Source of the DNA: an uncultured Clostridium sp.
GTDB lineage: Bacteria; Bacillota; Clostridia; TANB77; CAG-508
DNA length: 38,577 bases
Assembly: GCA_947647115.1 (NCBI GenBank)
Contig: CANSJB010000002.1
Span: 1 to 38,577, forward strand
Direction: 5' to 3'
Of the stretch, positions 9,527-19,120 are shown piece by piece. Position numbers and translations under genes: made by a program. The stretch's first letter is position 1, and every line of letters starts with the position of its first letter. The notes beneath the pieces were generated by a model. That model made no database searches. It was given only the letters and a program-made list of their open reading frames with translations, and was not told the origin of the DNA.

Positions 9527-10417
9527 CTACTCACCTACCTTCTCTATAAAAATATCATGTAAGCTTGGTTTCATAATTTCAAATTTTTCTACTTGAATAT
9601 GATTTTTGCTAAGTTCATCAAATAATTGATACCCCTCTTCTTCTCCTGAAATATTAATGATATACTCATTATTTTTACTATGATAAATTTCAAGTCCTAC
9701 TTGTTTTATAATATGTTCTACATCTTGCTTTGTACTTAAAGAAAGTTTATTGGCTGCATAGGTTTGTTTGATTTGTTTTAAGTTTCCTTGCAATACTGTT
9801 TTTCCTTTATTTAAGATAAGTACATCTGATGCAAATTCTTCTACAGAATGCATTTGATGACTAGACATAATTATATAAGTACCTTTTTGTATCAATTCTA
9901 TAATAACATCTTTGAGTAGTTGTGTATTTACTGGATCTAGCCCACTAAATGGTTCATCTAATATTAATAACTCTGGGTCATGCAAAATTGCAGTAATAAA
10001 TTGAACTTTTTGTTGATTTCCTTTTGATAATTTTTCTGGTGTCATTTGTAGATATTGTTCTACTTCTAATTTTTTTGCCCAATATACCAAGTTTTCTTCT
10101 GCTTTTGTTTTACTCATGCCTTTTAATCTTGCAAAATACATTAATTGATCATGTATTTTTGTTTTTGGATATACTCCTCTTTCTTCAGGCAGATAACCAA
10201 AATTAACATGTTTTCTTTGTACTTCTTTTCCATTCCATGTAATTTCTCCACTATCCTTTTTTAAAATTCCTAGCAGCATACGAAGTGTTGTGGTTTTACC
10301 AGCACCATTTGTTCCTAGAAGTCCATATATTCCTGGTTTTTGAATTTCAAAATGGATAGAGTCTACTACTTTTTTAGTTCCAAAACTTTTATTTACATCT
10401 TTTACAATGAGTCCCAT
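9527..10417 (-). CDS. ABC transporter ATP-binding protein (NatA-like)
   Basis: Walker A GTNGAGKTTT, signature LSKGNQQKV, Walker B LLILDEPFSGLD, H-loop SSHQM. Confidence 0.85.
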   Translation of the reverse strand: MGLIVKDVNKSFGTKKVVDSIHFEIQKPGIYGLLGTNGAGKTTTLRMLLGILKKDSGEITWNGKEVQRKHVNFGYLPEERGVYPKTKIHDQLMYFARLKGMSKTKAEENLVYWAKKLEVEQYLQMTPEKLSKGNQQKVQFITAILHDPELLILDEPFSGLDPVNTQLLKDVIIELIQKGTYIIMSSHQMHSVEEFASDVLILNKGKTVLQGNLKQIKQTYAANKLSLSTKQDVEHIIKQVGLEIYHSKNNEYIINISGEEEGYQLFDELSKNHIQVEKFEIMKPSLHDIFIEKVGE

Positions 10418-10593
10418 AAAAAACTTCTTCCTTTCTTTTTTTTCCTATTATATACCCATTAACTTTTAAAAATCAAGTTTTTTAGCATTACTTAGCTAAA
10501 AAGCGTATCGATTAGATTATAAGCCGTAATATTGTAACTAAGATAGCTTGCTGCATAATCTAATACTTTTTTACTTTAAGTATAAAAAATAGA

Positions 10594-10622
10594 TTGCAAT
10601 TATGGTAGATTTGGTTTATAAT
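10594..10622 (+). promoter_or_regulatory. sigma-A promoter of the tRNA gene
   Basis: TTGCAA (10594-10599), 17-nt spacer, TATAAT (10617-10622), 25 nt upstream of the first tRNA base. Confidence 0.6.
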
Positions 10623-10647
10623 AAGGGAAAGTTTTATTTAAAAATTT

Positions 10648-10721
<74 letters not shown>

Positions 10722-10800
10722 ACAAAATTTCTGTTCTAACTTTAAAAAATACATATACTTTTTATAAAACCTATGATACAATATTTCAAGGTGAATTGAT

Positions 10801-11520
10801 ATGACAAGTTTTGTACTAAAAATCATTGCTATCATAACAATGATTATTGATCATTTTGGCATTGCTTATTTTAAGTATACTACCCAAATGAATGTAGTTG
10901 GCAGAATTGCCTTTCCCATTTTTGCCTTTCAAATTACACAAGGATATATTTATACTAAGAACCTAAAAAAATATCTTTTTAGGCTTTTTTGTTTTGCTTT
11001 GCTTTCGCAAATTCCTTTTATGTTGTTTCGCCGCATTTATACAACTGGCTTTGCCTTAAATATCTTTTTTACTTTGTTATTTGGCTTATTATCTATTTTG
11101 GGCTATGATATTATTTCTCATTGTCCTGTTACTCTTTGTAAAATAAAAAAAATAGATTCTTTATTAAAAAATCTATTTTCCATTTTATGTGTAATATTAA
11201 TTGGTATCTTAGCAGAAGTTTGTAATTTTGATTATGGCTTTTTTGGAATTGGTATTATCTTTTTATTTTATATATTTAGAAATCATAAGATTTTAATGAC
11301 TGTTAGTTTTGTAATTTGCTGCCTTATCAAATATATGATTATGATTTTTAAATATGGTTACCATTATTTATATCTTTTACTTGGTCTATTTACAATATTA
11401 CCTATTGTTTTTATTTGCTTATATAATGGAAAACAGGGTAAAAAAGTAAAATATTTTTTATACTTTTTCTACCCTATTCATTTACTTGTTCTTTATCTTA
11501 TTTTTGGGTTGCAAAGTTAA
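10801..11520 (+). CDS. TraX family membrane protein
   Basis: 239-aa polytopic protein. The N-terminus LKIIAIITMIIDHFG is typical of TraX. RBS aaggtga. Confidence 0.65.
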   Translation: MTSFVLKIIAIITMIIDHFGIAYFKYTTQMNVVGRIAFPIFAFQITQGYIYTKNLKKYLFRLFCFALLSQIPFMLFRRIYTTGFALNIFFTLLFGLLSILGYDIISHCPVTLCKIKKIDSLLKNLFSILCVILIGILAEVCNFDYGFFGIGIIFLFYIFRNHKILMTVSFVICCLIKYMIMIFKYGYHYLYLLLGLFTILPIVFICLYNGKQGKKVKYFLYFFYPIHLLVLYLIFGLQS

Positions 11521-12439
11521 TTCCTCTTGCAACTACACTAGACATGTTTTCAATAAGTTCATCAATTTCTTTTGGTGTTACAATAAAGTTATATTCTTCT
11601 GGTGCTAGGACTTCTTTTATCATTTCATATTTGTTTTCTTCTTGCAATTCATTTAAAAACTCATTTGATTTTGCCTCTTGTTGGACTTTTTGTATAAACA
11701 TATCTAAACTATCTGCTGCAATGGTAGCAGCTTCTACTACCGTAGGAACTCCAATGGCTATTACAGGTATTCCTAATGTTTCTTTGGTAAGTTCTTTTCT
11801 TCTATTTCCTACCCCTGCACCTGGGATAATACCTGTATCTGCTATTTGAACACTACTACTAATTCTTTCAATACTTCTTGAAGCTAAGCTATCTATTACA
11901 ATTAATAGTTTAGGATGTACATTATCTACAATACCTTTTAAAATCTCTAATGTTTCAATTCCTGTTGTTCCTAATACTCCTGGTGATACTGCACTAACTG
12001 GCCTTGTTTGCTCATCTAGTACCTCTGGCATATAGGTTAATAAATGCCTTGTAATATCTATATCTTGTATTACTTTTGGTCCTAAACTATCTGGTGTAAC
12101 ATAACGGTTTCCAAGTCCTACTACTAAAATATCATCTTGATTTCCTACTAAATTAGCAAGCAAACTTTTTAGTTCTTTTGTTACTGCTTCTGAGGTTTTT
12201 TGTATGTCTTCTTCTCCTGCTATTTTCATGTTTTTTACATCAATTGTAATGTAATTTCCTTTCTTTTTCCCAATAGCTTGTTCTCCATTCTCATTTAATA
12301 CTTTTACTCTTGTAATTTTTATACTTTCTCCTATTTGTTCTTCTTGTGTTTGTATTCCCTCTACCTCATTTTCAATATTATTTGCTTTTTTATACAGGTC
12401 ACATCTTTCTAATGCTAAGTCTGTTCTAAAATTTATCAT
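11498..12439 (-). CDS. gpr: GPR endopeptidase (spore germination protease)
   Basis: MINFRTDLALER.. N-terminus and ..VVGLGNRYVTPDSLGP.. core. The ORF extends to 12454, but the ATG at 12439 has a GGAGGG RBS 8 nt upstream. The 3' end overlaps convergent traX by 23 nt. Confidence 0.8.
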   Translation of the reverse strand: MINFRTDLALERCDLYKKANNIENEVEGIQTQEEQIGESIKITRVKVLNENGEQAIGKKKGNYITIDVKNMKIAGEEDIQKTSEAVTKELKSLLANLVGNQDDILVVGLGNRYVTPDSLGPKVIQDIDITRHLLTYMPEVLDEQTRPVSAVSPGVLGTTGIETLEILKGIVDNVHPKLLIVIDSLASRSIERISSSVQIADTGIIPGAGVGNRRKELTKETLGIPVIAIGVPTVVEAATIAADSLDMFIQKVQQEAKSNEFLNELQEENKYEMIKEVLAPEEYNFIVTPKEIDELIENMSSVVARGINFATQK

Positions 12440-12493
12440 AAAATTACCCTCCATTACAATTCTTTTCTTTATTGTTTGAAGAGTAAGCTGTTT

Positions 12494-12838
12494 TTATTCA
12501 TAAATATTTTCTTCTTTTAAACATTGGGTATATAAGCTTATAGCATCTTTAAATCCTCTTTTATAATTTTTTTGACTATAATAGGCTATCTGAACTTCAT
12601 AATTCTCCATTAACCCTTCTATTCGGTCTAAAACTTCCTCTTTTTCCTTTTTTAATTTGCTGCCCCCTACTTCTTCTAAAATATCCTCTATTTTTTCTTG
12701 GATTTCTTCAAATGTAACTTCTTTTGCTATCTTACTTAGAATTTCTCTATCTCTTCTGTTTTCTGCTTCAAAATCAACTTGTCTTGTATCATATATTTTG
12801 TCTAACATATCTAATCTTTTTTGATTTTGTTCCATCAT
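12494..12838 (-). CDS. hypothetical acidic coiled-coil protein
   Basis: 114-aa ORF with RBS gggaggaaag. I recognise no family. Confidence 0.4.
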   Translation of the reverse strand: MMEQNQKRLDMLDKIYDTRQVDFEAENRRDREILSKIAKEVTFEEIQEKIEDILEEVGGSKLKKEKEEVLDRIEGLMENYEVQIAYYSQKNYKRGFKDAISLYTQCLKEENIYE

Positions 12839-13240
12839 AAACTTTCCTCCCTTACTTTTAAATTATTTTTATTATTATCCATTCTTATATTATTTATTCA
12901 CTTGGGAAATAGGTTTTATATAAAGTTAATTGACTTTCTTAAAAGAATTGACAGTATATGATTAAAAAGTTAATAAGATTGAAATATTTTTGATTTAATA
13001 GATGGGTATATCCATTATTGTAACTGCTTTATTTAGTTATTGTCAAGCACTTTTATATACCAATATTCGACAATATTTTAATATAAGTATACTTTACCCA
13101 TAGACATCCATTCTTATTGGTAATAATTTTATTATCCTCCTAGTGTGTTTCGTGTTTTGCATAGAGTGTATATAATTAAAAGAAAATCATGATTAACTAT
13201 AAAGTAAAAATTCAAAATAAATTAAGGAAGTGAAGGAACA

Positions 13241-13561
13241 ATGAAAAATAGTTTAGAAGTTGGAAATAGAATTAGAAATGTAAGGGAAGAACTACACATG
13301 AGCAGAAATTTATTTTCTGAGAAAATTAACATTTCAGAATCATATTTAGCTCAGTTAGAACTTGGTAATAAATCACTTGGAATGAATACTTTAATTTCAC
13401 TTTGCGAATATACTGGCTTTTCAGCTGATTATTTTCTATTTGGTAATGAGGTTAATAATGAAATGGCCAAAAAAGTACTTCGCATATTAAATACCTTGCC
13501 AAATAACTCTTTAGAGTTATCTTATGAGCTCATTCGCTCTATTAAAGCTCATTCTAATTAA
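13241..13561 (+). CDS. XRE-family helix-turn-helix transcriptional regulator
   Basis: 106 aa. HTH segment GNRIRNVREELHMSRNLFSEKINISESYLAQLELGNK. RBS aaggaagtgaagg. Confidence 0.75.
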   Translation: MKNSLEVGNRIRNVREELHMSRNLFSEKINISESYLAQLELGNKSLGMNTLISLCEYTGFSADYFLFGNEVNNEMAKKVLRILNTLPNNSLELSYELIRSIKAHSN

Positions 13562-13570
13562 GTAAAATTA

Positions 13571-13610
13571 AGACATTAGAAAAAACAATTTTTCTAATGT
13601 CTTTATTGTT
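13571..13610 (+). terminator. rho-independent terminator
   Basis: 14-bp stem agacattagaaaaa (13571-13584) / tttttctaatgtct (13589-13602) with a 4-nt loop and a T-rich tail. Confidence 0.7.
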
Positions 13611-13678
13611 AAGCTGTAAATTGACTTTTAAATAACCTGTCTACCATTTTTTATTATATAGTAGTAGTAGTGATGTTT

Positions 13679-14705
13679 TTATTTTGAACAATATCTACAC
13701 AAAATAGCCTCTATTCCTATATTTAAGTCTATTAAACCAATTTTATAATTCGCATCTAAATTTACTAATTCTTCTAGTATTTTTCTTAGTTCTTCTGTTT
13801 TAAAATAATCTGCTTGCATTTTGTATTTGTTGACTAAAAACATTTGGTTTGGTTTCAAATTCATAGCCGCTGCTATATCTGCTCCATATTCTCTGGCTAT
13901 TTTTATACTATATAATTTTTTAAAATGGTTATATAAAGTAACTAAAATTTTTTGCACTGGTTCTTTATTGGCGATTAAACTGCCATATACTTCCATTGCT
14001 TTTTTGGTTTCTTTTTTGCCCAGGCTATCTGTTAAATCAAAAATAACAGCCTGTATTTGTTTGATACATAGTAAATCAATATCTTTTGTTGTGATGATAC
14101 CATTTTCGCCTTTATATTCAATTAATTTTCTTAATTCATTTATTAACTCTTGCATAGAAGTTCCACAAGATTCTACTAAATACCTGCCCGTAGCATCATC
14201 GAGTGTTACTTTATAGATGCTGCACACTTTTTTTAAGTTTTTAATTAGGTCTGGCAATTTTAAAAGTGCAAATTCTTTTACTTCTCCTATCTTTTCAATG
14301 GTTTGATATAATATATTTTTTTGAACTTCTTGTTCAATAAATAGTAAGTCTATTGTTTCTTCTAACTCTTTTTGGTTATTTTGCAAGTAATTTGCTATTT
14401 TTTCTACTAGTGGCAGTTTTTCTTCGGCTGCTACTTTTTTCTTTTTGATTTCGGTTTTAGTTATTTTTGATTTACTAGCCGTTTTCTTTTCTTTTTTGAA
14501 AAGTCCTGTATTTTTAGCAATAATTAATTTTTTGGCAAACCCAAAAGCAGGAGTTTCTAAGTCTGAAATTAATTGTTCTACATTTGTTTCATCTATTTGT
14601 ATATAATTAATTCCGATTTACTTGTTCTCCAAATTCTTTTTTTATTTTTTTTACATTTGCTTCTAAAAGGTAGGTTTCCTCACCAAAAAATAATTTGATT
14701 GCCAT
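13679..14705 (-). CDS. holA: DNA polymerase III delta subunit; needs one +1 event at in-frame CGG
   Basis: The piece at 14607-14810 is really MAIKLFFGEETYLLEANVKKIKKEFGEQVN, from the ATG at 14705 with RBS aaaggag. It joins an open frame that continues G-INYIQIDETNVEQLISDLETPAFGFAKKLIIAKN.. into ORF 13679-14386. The restored protein is 341 aa, typical for HolA. Confidence 0.7.
14612..14615 (-). other. recoding site: in-frame CGG, reading resumes +1 at GGA (Gly); quadruplet CGGA
   Basis: mRNA sense gta aat cgg aat taa in the 0 frame versus aat(c)gga att aat tat ata caa in the +1 frame. Confidence 0.75.
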
Positions 14706-14739
14706 ATGTTTCTCCTTTTTCATTATTTCAGCATTTACA

Positions 14740-15225
14740 TTATAATTTTTCTGCAAATTTGGCAGAGTGTGCATGGCAAATTGCTGCTGCCATGCTATCT
14801 GTTGTATCATCTAATTTGGGCAGATTCTCTGCTTTTAAAATAGTTTTTACCATTTTTTGTACCTGTACTTTATCTGCCCTACCGTAACCTACTACAGACT
14901 GTTTTATTTGAAGCGGTGTATATTCATAAGTTGGTATTTTTTTTCTACAACCAACTACTAAAATAACACCTCTTGCTTGTGCTACATTAATGGCTGTTTT
15001 AGCATTGTTATTAAAAAATAATTCTTCTACTGATATGGCATCTGGCTGGTAAGTATCTATAATTTCCTCTAAATCATTATTTAATTTTAATAATCTTTGT
15101 GGAAATGACTCTCCTGCTTTTGTAAGCACTGCACCTGATGTAATTAATTTAAATTTATTTCCTACATAGTCTATAATACTATAACCAGTAATCGCAAAGC
15201 CTGGGTCTATTCCTAATATTCTCAT
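14740..15225 (-). CDS. ruvC: crossover junction endodeoxyribonuclease RuvC
   Basis: MRILGIDPGFAITGYSII.., ..ISVEELFF.., ..DSMAAAICHA.. 161 aa. Confidence 0.9.
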   Translation of the reverse strand: MRILGIDPGFAITGYSIIDYVGNKFKLITSGAVLTKAGESFPQRLLKLNNDLEEIIDTYQPDAISVEELFFNNNAKTAINVAQARGVILVVGCRKKIPTYEYTPLQIKQSVVGYGRADKVQVQKMVKTILKAENLPKLDDTTDSMAAAICHAHSAKFAEKL

Positions 15226-15266
15226 TTTCTTTCCTTCTTTTATTTGTTTACAAATATTTTATACTA

Positions 15267-17300
15267 TTATTTATTTTGATAGTATTGTATGATAATACGA
15301 AATACCTCTGCTACTGACCACCCTTGTGCAATGGCTCCTTTTGCTTCATAAGGTTTATTCGAGTCATAAAGTTCTCCAATACTTCCTACTGTAGACCTAT
15401 GATACATTTCTTCAAAAAATGTACTTTGTACGTTTTGTATAAACTTTTCATACTGGTTTTGTAGCTCTTTTTTAGCTGTTTTACTTTTTTGTGCTTGTAT
15501 TATATTTTGAAAACTATCAGCATAAATTCCTAAAAGCCATGGCCACGTAATTCCTTGATGATAGCACATATCTCTTTTCATTTGGTCGCCTTCATATATT
15601 TCCCTATAGCCATTTTCACCCTTTGCTAATGTTTTTAAGCCATATGGCGTTAATAGTTTTTTAGTAATAGTATTAAATGCCTCTTGTGCTTCTTGTAAAT
15701 TAGAATCTACTACTGGATAATGAAGTCCAAGGGCAAATAATTGGTTTGGTCTTATTTGGCTTACGCCTACTACATCATCAAAGCTTTTTCTTTTTTTGTT
15801 GTAAAATTTTTCAATAAAACTCTTTTTACATTTTTGTGCTAATGTAGTATATTTTTGTTGTAAGTCTTTTTCTTTATATAATTTCGTAAACTCTACCATA
15901 ATACATAAAGCATTATACCATAGACTATTGATTTCAACTGCTTTTCCATTTCTTGGTGTAATAACTTTATCTCCTATTTTAGCATCCATCCAAGTATTTT
16001 GAATATAGGGACTACCAGAACAGATTAGTCCATCTTCATTATCTAAATGAATGTTATTACCATCTAAGTCAATTCCTTGTATATAGCTTTCTATTATCTT
16101 TTTTAATACTCCATATAATTGATTTTTTAAAAATTCATAATCATGGGTATAAGCTAAGTATTTTCGTACTTGTTCAAATAATAAAAGAGAGGCATCTACA
16201 CTATTATATAATGGTCTATTGTCATAACCACAATAGCCATTTGGTACTAAACCATATTGAATGTCTCTAATACAAGTTAACAATACCTCTTTTGCAATTG
16301 TAAACCTTCTTGGAATTAGTAACAACCCTTCAAAAGAAATTAAGGTGTCTCTACCCCAATCTAAAAACCATGGATAGCCTGCAATAAGGGTATATAAAGC
16401 AAAAGCTGGTCTATATACAATAAAGTTATCAGAAGCAATTATATAATCTCTTATCATTGTTTTATACTTTTCGTCATATTGTTTTTTAGGGTCTATTAAA
16501 TAAGAGTCATACAAACTACTTGTTGTACGAATAATCTCTTGGTTAATTAAATTTCTACCATCTAATTGTTCTATATTTTCTTCTAAAGAGCAAACAAAGG
16601 TAATATATTTTTCTTCATTGGCACGCAGTTTTACCTCATAAACACCTGAAACAATTAAGTCTTCTTCGGCATCTTGACCGCGTTTTTCTTCTTCTATATA
16701 ATACATATTTTTGAAAATATCATCTTTGTGCTCTTTGTATTTTCCTTCTGATAGGTGCATATATACTGGTGTTTGAGCATTATTATTAATAATTAACTTT
16801 ACTTTTTGTTCTTTTATTTCTTGGGTTACTAAAGTTTGATTGCTGGTAGTATGAAAGTCCCTAAATTGAAGTATTGGTGCTATTTTAAGTTTGGTTCTTT
16901 TTTCGTTGTTTTGTACATGATATAATACACAAACTGTATTTTTACCATAGTCCATACATATAAATTTCTTTATGGTTGCTCCATCTACTTCATAGGTAAA
17001 TATTGGTACATATTCTTTTTCAAAGGATTTCAAATATTGATATCCTTTAGAAATATAATGTTTTCCCATATTGGAGTATAATGGAAATTCTTTTTCTCCA
17101 CTTTCAAAGGCTTCATCTACTTTTGATAAAATAACATGTCTATTTCCTGGTGGGTTTAGTGGTGCTACTAGTAAACCATGATATTTCCTCGTATTTATTC
17201 CTAAAATGCTAGAACTACTATAGCCCCCTATCCCATTTGTAATAATCCATTCGTTTTTTAGCCCTGTGTCTAAATTTATATCTTTTCCTTCATATTTCAT
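15267..17300 (-). CDS. amylo-alpha-1,6-glucosidase / glycogen debranching enzyme family protein
   Basis: ..IAGYPWFLDWGRDTLISFEGLLL.. and ..WMDAKIGD..TPRNGKAVEINSLWY.. are typical of the GDE C-terminal family. The ORF extends to 17318, but the ATG at 17300 has a GGGGGA RBS. Confidence 0.75.
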   Translation of the reverse strand: MKYEGKDINLDTGLKNEWIITNGIGGYSSSSILGINTRKYHGLLVAPLNPPGNRHVILSKVDEAFESGEKEFPLYSNMGKHYISKGYQYLKSFEKEYVPIFTYEVDGATIKKFICMDYGKNTVCVLYHVQNNEKRTKLKIAPILQFRDFHTTSNQTLVTQEIKEQKVKLIINNNAQTPVYMHLSEGKYKEHKDDIFKNMYYIEEEKRGQDAEEDLIVSGVYEVKLRANEEKYITFVCSLEENIEQLDGRNLINQEIIRTTSSLYDSYLIDPKKQYDEKYKTMIRDYIIASDNFIVYRPAFALYTLIAGYPWFLDWGRDTLISFEGLLLIPRRFTIAKEVLLTCIRDIQYGLVPNGYCGYDNRPLYNSVDASLLLFEQVRKYLAYTHDYEFLKNQLYGVLKKIIESYIQGIDLDGNNIHLDNEDGLICSGSPYIQNTWMDAKIGDKVITPRNGKAVEINSLWYNALCIMVEFTKLYKEKDLQQKYTTLAQKCKKSFIEKFYNKKRKSFDDVVGVSQIRPNQLFALGLHYPVVDSNLQEAQEAFNTITKKLLTPYGLKTLAKGENGYREIYEGDQMKRDMCYHQGITWPWLLGIYADSFQNIIQAQKSKTAKKELQNQYEKFIQNVQSTFFEEMYHRSTVGSIGELYDSNKPYEAKGAIAQGWSVAEVFRIIIQYYQNK

Positions 17301-17346
17301 TTGTATTTCCCCCATCATTACGGATGTTCTTATTTTTATCGTATTC

Positions 17347-19059
17347 TTACTTTTTTACAGCTTTTTTTGTTTTATTACTTTTTTGCTCTTGTTTGCGTGC
17401 TTTGTTAATTTCTTCTAAAAATTCTTGTTTTTGCTGTTCTTCTAATTTTTCAATATCTGATTTTGTTTTTTTATGAGAGTTATGATTAGCTTGTTTTTTC
17501 TTTGTATTAGTAGTTGTTTGTTCATTTTTCTTTTTTGGGTTATTTGCTTTTTTTGATTCTTTTGTTATTTCTTCAATTGGAATCCCTGCTTTTACTTTCA
17601 TTTTGATTTCTGCTTCTTGAATAGACTCCATCCTATCTTTATATTTTTGGAAAAATTTACTTTCTTCTCTTGAAGGTTTTTGTTTTGTTTTCCTTATATT
17701 TTCGTTTTTGCTATTTTCTTTTAAAGATTTTTTAGCTTCTTTTAGCCTATCATTTAATAATACATATTTGGTATCATTTTGCATGTCTTTAAATTTCAAA
17801 TCATCACAAATTAATTGAATAATAGAAGCTGCTACTGCATCTGGGTTATGCCTAATATATTCTCCCTCAATATGTGAAATTTCCCTTTGCATTAGGTTAA
17901 CTCCTTGTGCTTTTGCCTTGCTACTATCAATTTCTACTAATTCTTGTCCTTGCATATTATATCTTCTAATATATTCTGGAATTAACTCTCCTGTATCATA
18001 AATACAGTATTCTATTAAACCTTTTCCAGTATGCTCATGAATTGCCTTAATATGGTCTGATAAAGAGTAGGTATCTGTTTGACCAGGTTCTGTCATAATA
18101 TTACTTACATAAATTTTAAAAGCCTTACTTTCTTTAATTGCTTTTGCTACTCCTTTTACTAAAAGGTTTGGAATAACATTGGTGTATAAACTACCAGGGC
18201 CTATTACAATAGCATCTGCTTCCTTAATAGCATCTATAACTCCTGGTGCTATTTTGCAGTTTGTAGGGTTTATGAAAATTCTACTAATTTTACTTATTTT
18301 AGAACCTACAATTTCTGGTATCTTATCCCTATTTTGTATCACTGTACCATCTTCTAATTCTGCACAAATTTGAATTGGCTCTAATGTTACAGGAAGTACT
18401 TTACCTGTAACATTTAGAACAGACCTTGATTGTTCAATCGAGGTTGTAAAATCACCAAAAAGTTGCTTCATTCCTAAAAAGTATATATCTCCAAAAGATA
18501 AATCTTTTAGCTTGCCTTGTGTAAATTGTAAATTTAATAGTTTTTCTACAATATCCTCTTTTTGTGATAAAGCAACTAAACTCTCTTTTACATCATCTAG
18601 TGGCATAGAGTCTAGCATTTTTCGTGATTCTGGAATTAACTCACCATAATCAGATACTGTAACAATTGCTGTTAAATTATCCGTGTAATTTTTTAAGCCT
18701 CTTAAAACTGCATTAAGTCCTGTGCCTCCACCAATTGCTACAATTTTAGGTCCTTGATTAAATATTTTTTTATTATAAATTAAACTATTTACACTAGCTT
18801 TACTATCTTCTATTCTGCTGTCTGTTTCTTGTACTAATAGTTCTAGTGTTCTTCTTTGCATGTTAATTAAACCAACTATTACTAAAATAAAGCCAACTAC
18901 AAAGCTCACAATAATTCTAAATAATGGCCAAAAGTCTAGCCTTTGTTCTGTTAATACCTCTGCCATACCATAACAAGCAAGCACAATTCCTATTAAAATA
19001 ATAAATATCCATCTTTTCATTTTTGTGCTCGAACGAAACCATTTAAAAAAACCTTTCAT
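17347..19059 (-). CDS. YvcK/CofD-family (gluconeogenesis factor-like) protein with N-terminal TM helices and a Lys-rich C-terminal tail
   Basis: Core ..GPKIVAIGGGTGLNAVLRGLK..VTVSDYG..IVIGPGSLYTNVIPNLLV.. It is flanked by two predicted N-terminal TM helices and a basic tail of about 130 aa. Confidence 0.75.
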   Translation of the reverse strand: MKGFFKWFRSSTKMKRWIFIILIGIVLACYGMAEVLTEQRLDFWPLFRIIVSFVVGFILVIVGLINMQRRTLELLVQETDSRIEDSKASVNSLIYNKKIFNQGPKIVAIGGGTGLNAVLRGLKNYTDNLTAIVTVSDYGELIPESRKMLDSMPLDDVKESLVALSQKEDIVEKLLNLQFTQGKLKDLSFGDIYFLGMKQLFGDFTTSIEQSRSVLNVTGKVLPVTLEPIQICAELEDGTVIQNRDKIPEIVGSKISKISRIFINPTNCKIAPGVIDAIKEADAIVIGPGSLYTNVIPNLLVKGVAKAIKESKAFKIYVSNIMTEPGQTDTYSLSDHIKAIHEHTGKGLIEYCIYDTGELIPEYIRRYNMQGQELVEIDSSKAKAQGVNLMQREISHIEGEYIRHNPDAVAASIIQLICDDLKFKDMQNDTKYVLLNDRLKEAKKSLKENSKNENIRKTKQKPSREESKFFQKYKDRMESIQEAEIKMKVKAGIPIEEITKESKKANNPKKKNEQTTTNTKKKQANHNSHKKTKSDIEKLEEQQKQEFLEEINKARKQEQKSNKTKKAVKK

Positions 19060-19120
19060 TTTTTATTTTCTATGTTAACTTTTTTTGTTTAGCTAACATA
19101 GCCTCCCTTCTTATTACTTT

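Noticed and set aside
14706-14810. Upstream part of ORF 14607-14810 overlapping ruvC, and the polA extension 30173-30211
   Set aside because: Both are longest-ORF artefacts. Internal ATGs at 14705 and 30172 have good RBSs and remove the overlaps with the neighbouring genes.
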